Source of the DNA: a virus
Strand: one strand, 5' to 3'
DNA: 64,000 nt
IMG/VR virus record: IMGVR_UViG_3300036851_000497
Span: 2,558-66,557 of that record
Below, in pieces: positions 57,383 to 64,000 of this stretch (its first letter is position 1; the number at the start of each line of letters is the position of its first letter). Under the pieces are notes generated by a model, which saw nothing but the letters and a program-made list of their open reading frames with translations, made no database searches and was not told the origin of the DNA. The position numbers and the translations under genes were made by a program.

Positions 57383-57591
57383 AACAACTCGCCCGCATCC
57401 TCGACGAACTCGCGAAGGCGCCGGCAACGGTAGAAGACTTGGCCGAAGAAACGGGGTTGCGTACTGAAGCTGTGCGCTCAGCTCTTCACGAATTGCAAAA
57501 GGACGGATATGCCCAAGTCATGGGCTCGTTTCCGAATGTACGTGGCCGAGGGCGTGAGCGGAATATTTGGCGGGTGAGCGATGCCATTTGA
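57379..57591 (+). CDS. winged-helix protein
   Basis: TVEDLAEETGL...VRSALHEL. Confidence 0.7.
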   Translation: MKQLARILDELAKAPATVEDLAEETGLRTEAVRSALHELQKDGYAQVMGSFPNVRGRGRERNIWRVSDAI

Positions 57592-58309
57592 AAAAGTTGA
57601 GATCGGCGAAGCGATTTTGCATCGCGGAGATTGCTTGGAAATCCTGCCGACCTTATCCAAGGTGGATGCGGTGATTACTGATCCGCCATATTTCTTACCA
57701 GCATCGCATTATCAGACGCGGACAAAGTTTCGCCGTACCTTTTCCGACCTTGGAATTCTTGAACACTGGGCGCGTTCTTTTTTCACAGAACTCGACCGGA
57801 TCGTTTCTCTGGATGGGTCTTTATATATTTTCTGTGATGGACAGAGTTATCCGCTTTTTTATTGGCATGCATACGGAATATGTAAATCATGCCGTCCTTT
57901 GATTTGGGACAAGTTAAATTCTATAAACGGTTACGGATGGAGACACCAGCACGAGATCATTTTGTGGTGCGAGCGTTGCGACGCTAAACCGCTTCCGACT
58001 GGCGATGGCGATGTACTTAGAACACCGCCAGTCGGAATTGAAGTGAGAAATCATCCGGCAGAGAAACCAGTAGAGTTGACGATAGCGCTCTGCAAAAAAA
58101 CATATGGCGTAATCCTTGATCCCTTCATGGGTTCTGGCACAACCGGCGTTGCCTGTATGAATCTAGGTCGCAAGTTTATCGGCGTGGAAATAGAGGAACG
58201 CTATTTCCAGATTGCGTGCGAACGAATTGAAGCGGCACAACGTCAACAGCGCCTATTTGAGCACGAGCCCTGCTCGCGGTCCGAAACCGCGAGTCTCCCA
58301 GGTATGTAG
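57581..58309 (+). CDS. N4/N6 DNA methyltransferase (beta class)
   Basis: ITDPPY, HPAEKP, ILDPFMGSGTTG. Confidence 0.94.
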   Translation: MPFEKVEIGEAILHRGDCLEILPTLSKVDAVITDPPYFLPASHYQTRTKFRRTFSDLGILEHWARSFFTELDRIVSLDGSLYIFCDGQSYPLFYWHAYGICKSCRPLIWDKLNSINGYGWRHQHEIILWCERCDAKPLPTGDGDVLRTPPVGIEVRNHPAEKPVELTIALCKKTYGVILDPFMGSGTTGVACMNLGRKFIGVEIEERYFQIACERIEAAQRQQRLFEHEPCSRSETASLPGM

Positions 58310-58500
58310 GCGATGACAGTTAGCACACAGCAGCTCGATATTCCCAGCATTGGCCTTCCAATCCGCAAAGCGATGCGCCCAAACATACTGCCCATTCTTA
58401 GCGCGACGCTTCTTCGTCGGGTCGATATGGTTGATATCGAGCGCACGGTAATCGGTGAATCCGCAGCGTACGCATTTGGCTCCGAGCAAATCAATGAGCG
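58253..58500 (-). pseudogene. antisense HNH nuclease remnant
   Basis: LGAKCVRCGFTDYRALDINHIDP...LLCANCHR with no convincing start. Confidence 0.6.
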
Positions 58501-58590
58501 CGAGCGTATTGAGAACGCGCAACGGCAAGAAAAGATGTTTAACGATGAACCGCAAGCCCAGCGCACGGTGCAGCTCGGGATGGAGCTTCG

Positions 58591-59436
58591 GTGAATTTCT
58601 ACAAGCGCCATCTTGGCGACTACTCCAAAGACACGCCGCATTTACCGATGATGGAACATGGTGCTTATGCCTTGCTGCTGGATTATTACTATGCAACCGA
58701 ACGGCCATTGCCAGCCGAGATTACCGAGATTTATCGGTTTACTCGAGCCATGAGTAAAGCTGAGCAGAAAGCGGTGCAAAACGTAGTAGGCCAATTTTTT
58801 CCAATTTCAGAGGACGGATTGCGGCACAACAAAAGAGCTGACGAGGAGATTGAGAAATGGTCGATGATATCGTTGCACGCTAAATCTTCAGCAGAATCGC
58901 GGTGGATGCGAACGCATATACCAACGCATAAAAAAAGCGATGCGAACGCTATGCGAACGCAATGCGAACGAATACCAAAGCGTAATGCTAGCCATAAGCC
59001 ATTAGCCATAAGCCAAGAACCAATAACCAAGAATCAAAAAGAAAAGCTTATGTCGCGCCAAATACGCGACCGCAGCAAGGAACGCGGAACGCGACTAGCA
59101 AAAGACTGGCAATTACCTGATTCATGGAAGGAATGGGCTATAAAAGAACATCCGGCATGGAGCGAGGATGACATGCAACAAGTAGCCATCACCTTCAGGG
59201 ATTATTGGCTTGCAAAGCCAGGTGCACAAGCCAGAAAAGTGGATTGGGAGCTCACTTGGCGCAATTGGGTGCGGAAGGAACCGGAGATGAAGGGAAACGG
59301 CAAAACGCCTTGGTGGACAAGCGAACAGGCGACACTCGGCAAAGCGAAAGAACTCGGAATCGAAGCGCGACCTGGCGAGGAGTTCAATGCGCTTCGCGAC
59401 AGAATTCGGCAGCGGTTATCTGGAGGGCAACATTGA
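58591..59436 (+). CDS. replication initiator (DUF1376/YdaU-type N-terminus)
   Basis: FYKRHLGDY..DT.HL...EHGAYALLLDYYY; FRDYW...DWELTWRNW. Confidence 0.88.
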   Translation: MNFYKRHLGDYSKDTPHLPMMEHGAYALLLDYYYATERPLPAEITEIYRFTRAMSKAEQKAVQNVVGQFFPISEDGLRHNKRADEEIEKWSMISLHAKSSAESRWMRTHIPTHKKSDANAMRTQCERIPKRNASHKPLAISQEPITKNQKEKLMSRQIRDRSKERGTRLAKDWQLPDSWKEWAIKEHPAWSEDDMQQVAITFRDYWLAKPGAQARKVDWELTWRNWVRKEPEMKGNGKTPWWTSEQATLGKAKELGIEARPGEEFNALRDRIRQRLSGGQH

Positions 59437-60005
59437 CCGGCGACTTTGAACTGAAAGCCTTGAATCCGGGAATAGTGGCCGGATGTGCCAGTGTGACCAA
59501 TGCGACAAACCCTCTCGGATATGTGCTACCGCCGCTTGAAGTCATCCGCTTCACCGTCCCCGGCGAACCGAAAGGCAAAGCGCGTCACCGCAGCGCGCCG
59601 CTCATGCGCGGGGGTCGGCCAGTGCTCAAGAATGGGCGCCCCATCGTCATTCAACATTCTGATGCGAAGACGGTGATGTATGAAAACTTGGTGTCGCAAA
59701 TCGCACACGAAGCAATGAGTGGACGACCGCCTCTTGAAGGTCCGCTTATGCTGGGAGTTGAAATTCTTCTTTCCATCCCGCAGAGCTGGTCGAACAAAAA
59801 GAAGCTCGCGGCAGTCAATGGCAATGTCATGCCAACAACCAAACCGGATTATTCCAATGTTGTGAAGGCGATCGAAGACGGGATGAATGCCATTGTCTTT
59901 CGCGATGATTCGCAAATCTGCGAGGCGCGTATTTCGAAACGCTACGCAGGCATTCCTCGGGTCGAAGTCAGCGTATCACTTTTAAGTGCGAAAGGCGCGC
60001 GATGA
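59433..60005 (+). CDS. rusA: RusA Holliday junction resolvase
   Basis: FTVPGEPKGKAR, TKPDYSNVVKAIEDG, DDSQI; start uncertain. Confidence 0.88.
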   Translation: MTGDFELKALNPGIVAGCASVTNATNPLGYVLPPLEVIRFTVPGEPKGKARHRSAPLMRGGRPVLKNGRPIVIQHSDAKTVMYENLVSQIAHEAMSGRPPLEGPLMLGVEILLSIPQSWSNKKKLAAVNGNVMPTTKPDYSNVVKAIEDGMNAIVFRDDSQICEARISKRYAGIPRVEVSVSLLSAKGAR

Positions 60006-60217
60006 TATTCAGACGGAACAAGCGAGAGCTTGAAGAGCTGCACAAGCGTCTTGAGTGACAAGAGCGGCGATTGGACGCACTACTTGAACATTTGAAATTG
60101 CACGTTGGGTATGAACCGACTTCGCAGCCAGTGAGGAATATCCGAGTGTATACGAACGTCGAACATGGGTTGTGTCTAAACCCGCCGCAATCGTAGAGTC
60201 TTGCGAAAGGAGCGCGA

Positions 60218-60461
60218 TGAAATGCCAAGCTGGTTGAGTTCTAAACAAAAACTACTAGATGACATGCTGCAATTGCCACAAGGGTGGGATTCGTATGGCG
60301 CAAACCCGATTAACCCGAAAGCGGTGAAGAAGGCTAAAGAATTGCTTGATTCGTTACCGCTTTGGGCTTGGCAATGTGTGCCGGTAGCAACTGGAGGAGT
60401 CCAAATAGAGTTGCATGAAAAAGGTTTCGACATCGAGATTTCTATTGAGGCCAGCAAATGA
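60218..60461 (+). CDS. hypothetical protein
   Basis: LPQGWDSYGA...GGVQIE; AAGGAG SD. Confidence 0.6.
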
Positions 60462-60802
60462 AACTCGAATCACCGGAAGTATTGGAACAAGAGAGACCAC
60501 TTACGCTTGAGGAAAAGGCAAAGCTCTTTCCTCTCTCATTCTGGATGCGGTTGGGGGCGAAGATGAAGCCGCAGTGTTTCGGGGCGATAGCTAAAGATGG
60601 CGGTAGTTGTGCAATAGGGGCGGCATTGGATGCCGTGGGTATATCGTTGACTCATGATGTTAGTTTCTTCCGATTTTTCCCGTGCCTCTATGACCGAATT
60701 ACGCCTAAGGTTAATTTGATCGGCGAGATTGCTTTTCGCAATGATAGTGAGCGCATGACCCGCGAACAAATCGCCGACTGGCTAGAGAGCATAGGGTATT
60801 AG
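60458..60802 (+). CDS. hypothetical protein
   Basis: CAIGAA...ND...TREQIADWLE. Confidence 0.6.
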   Translation: MKLESPEVLEQERPLTLEEKAKLFPLSFWMRLGAKMKPQCFGAIAKDGGSCAIGAALDAVGISLTHDVSFFRFFPCLYDRITPKVNLIGEIAFRNDSERMTREQIADWLESIGY

Positions 60803-60805
60803 GCA

Positions 60806-61063
60806 ATGGCCGACCCAGCCGCAATCGTAGAATCCTGCGAAAGCATGGAACGCGGGTATTGGCGCTGCAAGGTGAGCCTGCCGGACATCGGCCCGTATTG
60901 GCACACGGTGCGCGCGAGATCAGTGAACGAAGCCGAGAAAAGAGTGCAAAGAAGAATCGCTGATCGCGACCGCGCGCTCGAATTCGGGCCTTATCGTGGC
61001 GGAAAGGAAAAACGGACCCGCAAACAGATGAAAGAATTGACGGAGACGATGAATGACGAATGA
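60806..61063 (+). CDS. hypothetical protein
   Basis: ORF in rightward operon. Confidence 0.5.
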   Translation: MADPAAIVESCESMERGYWRCKVSLPDIGPYWHTVRARSVNEAEKRVQRRIADRDRALEFGPYRGGKEKRTRKQMKELTETMNDE

Positions 61064-61213
61064 CTGTGCTGCCGTGATAGTGACCTTACTTAATCGTGAT
61101 GATGGTTCGGAGAAAAAATATTATTTGTATCCGGCTACAAGAATAGAATTGCAATCCATTGACGCTCAGCCACGCGATATATTTATTGCGCAAAATGGGG
61201 AATGGATTAAGGA

Positions 61214-61606
61214 ATGAAATTCAAAGTCTCTGAACTCGAAGGCGCGAAACTCGACTATTGGGTAGCGAGGGTGATGGGATACCGTTTTAGCGCCGAGGTT
61301 CCTGAGGAATTATGTGGCCTTGCGGCGGAAGGTGCGAACGCCGGTTGCCATGTTAAAGATTGGACTCCGTCGATTGATTGGTCACAAGGTGGGCCAATTA
61401 TCGAGACCGATAAGATGATTATTACCCCAAGCGGTGACGGCGATTGGTGTGCTGGCATGGATGGTTGGATTGATCCTGGTGGTGATGCTGGACCGCGATG
61501 GCAAACGCCGCCTAATGTGCCGCTCTGGATGCATGGGCAGACTGCGCTTATTGCTGCGATGCGTTGTAAAGTTGCAAGCAAATACGGAGAGGAGATCGAG
61601 GAATGA
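61214..61606 (+). CDS. NinX/DUF2591-family protein
   Basis: SELEGAKLDYWVA, PSIDWSQGGPIIE, LIAAMRC. Confidence 0.8.
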   Translation: MKFKVSELEGAKLDYWVARVMGYRFSAEVPEELCGLAAEGANAGCHVKDWTPSIDWSQGGPIIETDKMIITPSGDGDWCAGMDGWIDPGGDAGPRWQTPPNVPLWMHGQTALIAAMRCKVASKYGEEIEE

Positions 61607-61884
61607 CCGAACTACCGAAAGAAATTAAAGAGGCGGTCGCTTACTCGGCTCAAAATTGGCCGCGCATACTCACTGCTGAACAGCTTATTCGAGAACTTGA
61701 TACATTGGCGCGGCGCGTTTATATCCTGGCAACCGGAAGTTATCCTACGTTCTCATCAAACAAACCGAAGAAGAAAAACTGATGCTCTATCAACTCCCTT
61801 TTGATAAATTGGCCCAGGATATAAATCGAGTCTTGAAGGTACAAAAGCATTTAAATGAGATCGAGATGAAAGACGAGAAATGAT

Positions 61885-62412
61885 ATGGGTGCGCCCTTGT
61901 CCGTAGTCATTCGATCTGAGCCGCTTTTCCGTCATGCCAATGCTGCGCTTTACTTTGCCTTTCGTCAGCGAGTTGACTATGCTCAATCCACATTTTTTCG
62001 CACGCTCGAGGAACGCCTGTACGGCCATGGTCTTTCGGGATTGGACGCGGCCGCGCAAGCCGGCATGATCCGCGCAGAAGTGGATATGTTGAACAGAGCA
62101 GAGCGCAACATCATCATTACGCGTTTTGCCTCGGATCCCAAAGAATGGATTGCGGCGCGTCTGGAAATTCTCGATGTTGTGATCGCGACATTGGGCACTG
62201 GCATGCATAGCCGTCGGCTCATTGATGCGCTGGTGCAAAAGCATTTCGGCAAGTCGCTGACACTTGTATTCATCGCCTTTAAATTCGGGGTGCACCGCAA
62301 TACAGTGGCACCGAAGTGGCGAAGCGTGCGAGCTATGCTTTGGAAGCTTGAGGACCGGGCGATGCTTGAAATTACCGATGCGCTGGCTGCGGCTGGGGTG
62401 ATTGAGAAATAG
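61885..62412 (+). CDS. putative late regulator / antiterminator Q-like
   Basis: C-terminal HTH (IAFKFGVHRNTV); end of early region before the late promoter. Confidence 0.5.
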   Translation: MGAPLSVVIRSEPLFRHANAALYFAFRQRVDYAQSTFFRTLEERLYGHGLSGLDAAAQAGMIRAEVDMLNRAERNIIITRFASDPKEWIAARLEILDVVIATLGTGMHSRRLIDALVQKHFGKSLTLVFIAFKFGVHRNTVAPKWRSVRAMLWKLEDRAMLEITDALAAAGVIEK

Positions 62413-62563
62413 AATGCATACGACTGCGATGTTGTTTCTATCTGGCGCCGGCATCATTATTTCAATGTTTGGCATATTGGATCATAACGTCAGCCTCGGC
62501 GTTCGCGGATGGGCCGCAACTTCCGGCTTATGGGCTTTGAGCACATTTTTGGCTTATCTCTAA

Positions 62564-62794
62564 ATGTTTAGTTTGGGCGAAATCGCGCAGATGATGACTT
62601 GCGGGAAAGCCATCGAGTACCAAGGCGAGCAATGGATATTGCTGCAGCATTTGGCCACTTACCATACCGGTGAAATGGCGATTTATCTTGCTGTAAAAAG
62701 CAATACGGATATGCCGGCAGCAGTGCATGTCATTACGGCACCGGCTGTACTCAATTTGCCGCAGCGTGAACAGGACAAAGAGCAGGCGCCATGA
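62564..62794 (+). CDS. hypothetical protein
   Basis: ATGA-coupled to next gene. Confidence 0.45.
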   Translation: MFSLGEIAQMMTCGKAIEYQGEQWILLQHLATYHTGEMAIYLAVKSNTDMPAAVHVITAPAVLNLPQREQDKEQAP

Positions 62795-63039
62795 AAAAAC
62801 GCTTCTTCAAAATAAGCTGGGATGAATCCTCCGGTGCGGATCGTTATGTTGTGAGTTATCGCGACAGCAAAGGCCATTTTTTGCATTGTGAGTCGATAGA
62901 AACGATGGTGATTTTTGAGGACATCGACGCTGATGCCGATTTACGCGTGTGGGCGCATTTCCCAGAACAAATGCATGCAGTATTGGCTCCCATTCTTATC
63001 GGCGTGAGCGATATTGTTTGTGAGGAAATTGGAACGTGA
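62791..63039 (+). CDS. degenerate FN3-like protein
   Basis: ISWDESSGADRYVVSY. Confidence 0.4.
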   Translation: MKKRFFKISWDESSGADRYVVSYRDSKGHFLHCESIETMVIFEDIDADADLRVWAHFPEQMHAVLAPILIGVSDIVCEEIGT

Positions 63040-63350
63040 ACCGCCGCGGTTTCCTCCAATCGATTCTCGTTCTTGGTGTGGCACCGGTAGTTGTGCGCGC
63101 CGATTCGCTCATGCGAATTGTGCCGCGTGATACGCTAATAATGCCTCCCGGGTCATTGTGGGTGACGCCAGGAGACGGCGACCTCATTATTTCCTGGGAT
63201 CCTGTGGCAGGCGCTGAAAGCTACGAGCTCCAATGGGGTAGACAAGAATTATTGATAGGTCGAGCCGTAACAATTCGTAACAATTACACCGTCACCGGCT
63301 TGGGTTGCGGAGTTCCTATGAATTTTACTGTTAAGGCGCTGAACTCTTGA
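63036..63350 (+). CDS. Tat-signal FN3-like protein
   Basis: MNRRGFL twin-arginine motif; VTPGDG.L.ISWDPVAGAESYELQWG...YTVTGL.....FTVKA. Confidence 0.65.
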   Translation: MNRRGFLQSILVLGVAPVVVRADSLMRIVPRDTLIMPPGSLWVTPGDGDLIISWDPVAGAESYELQWGRQELLIGRAVTIRNNYTVTGLGCGVPMNFTVKALNS

Positions 63351-63375
63351 CAATTGTGCATTTTGGTATTAAAAG
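63347..63375 (+). promoter_or_regulatory. putative late promoter (pR'-like)
   Basis: Perfect TTGACA with an AT-rich, imperfect -10; terminator about 40 nt later. Confidence 0.55.
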
Positions 63376-63411
63376 TGCGCCCATCTCCCTAGTCTGGGAA
63401 AATATCCCCTG

Positions 63412-63436
63412 AAGCCGCAGAAGCGGCTTTTTTTAT
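63412..63436 (+). terminator. tR'-like terminator
   Basis: aagccgc-agaa-gcggctt plus T run. Confidence 0.8.
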
Positions 63437-63549
63437 ATGCCAACCTATCCAAAAGTACCGAAAAAGCCAGTCAAACCTAAACCACGTCGCCGGGCTAAAT
63501 ACAAGAACAAAGCATTAAAAGAGAGTCGACTCAAACGGTCTTAAAAGTT

Positions 63550-63927
63550 ATGCCGTTCCGTCCTAAGCGCCCCTGCCCACGTCCTGGATGTGGGGCGTTA
63601 GTGGAAAGTGGTTATTGTCCGAAGCATCGAAGAGAACTCAGCAAAGAACAGAATGCCGATCGGTTGAATGCGAATGCGCGTGGGTATGGACGCAGATGGC
63701 AGAAAGCAAGAGCAGCTTATCTTCGGCGTCATCCGCTTTGTGTGGATCATGAGAGCCGTGGGGAATTAGTGGCGTCGAGTCAGGTCGATCATATTGTCCC
63801 GCACAACGGCAATCAAAGGCTGTTCTGGGACAGTGAGAACAATTGGGCTGCGTTATGTGAATCGTGCCATTCAAGGAAGACCGCAAGAGAAGATGGTGGG
63901 TTTGGGAATGTTCTCTCTGAGCGCTGA
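63550..63927 (+). CDS. terminase-associated HNH endonuclease (HK97 gp74-like)
   Basis: RGYGRRWQKAR, HPLC, VDHIVPH.G, NWAALCESCHSRKT. Confidence 0.92.
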   Translation: MPFRPKRPCPRPGCGALVESGYCPKHRRELSKEQNADRLNANARGYGRRWQKARAAYLRRHPLCVDHESRGELVASSQVDHIVPHNGNQRLFWDSENNWAALCESCHSRKTAREDGGFGNVLSER

Positions 63928-63957
63928 GCAGGCCATACAAGCGAGCAAAAATCTATT

Positions 63958-64000
63958 GGGGAGGGGGGAGTCCAAAGTCTAGGGCCTCGCTGCCGTAGAC
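63958..64000 (+). other. probable approach to cos packaging site
   Basis: G-run after the HNH gene, typical position in HK97-like cos phages; exact cos not determinable. Confidence 0.35.

Noticed and set aside
1-64000. Integrated prophage with host flanks
   Set aside because: The att core is single and internal, with phage genes on both sides. The DnaN-like gene is shortened and shares the phage leader motif.

Overview
The window is nearly the whole genome of a temperate, lambdoid siphophage in its non-integrated arrangement. The host is probably a proteobacterium (inference). The order is: a minus-strand accessory operon left of terS; HK97-type packaging and head genes with two inserted appendage cassettes; a lambda-type tail (tube, frameshifted chaperone, tape measure, M-L-K-I-J); a dispersed lysis region with a GH108 endolysin; and two beta-helix proteins. 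A leftward early arm follows (FkbM methyltransferase, HNH, intact attP equal to the 3' half of tRNA-Pro(GGG), LAGLIDADG, integrase, YqaJ, GHKL ATPase). Then come the cI/cro/cII switch and a rightward arm (tRNA-fMet-like, Acb2, two DNA methyltransferases, initiator, RusA, Q-like, late promoter/terminator, packaging HNH). The most unusual signals are non-coding: (1) two antisense, separately promoted tRNA-like scaffold RNAs with unrelated inserts in the lysis region; (2) a 28-nt putative pseudoknot with a compensatory change, repeated ahead of three genes of the left operon; (3) a tandem pair of long-stem RNA units beside attP. An acr/aca-like operon carrying a stand-alone DarA_C-like gene is also present. 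All family assignments come from motif recognition by eye; no database search was run.
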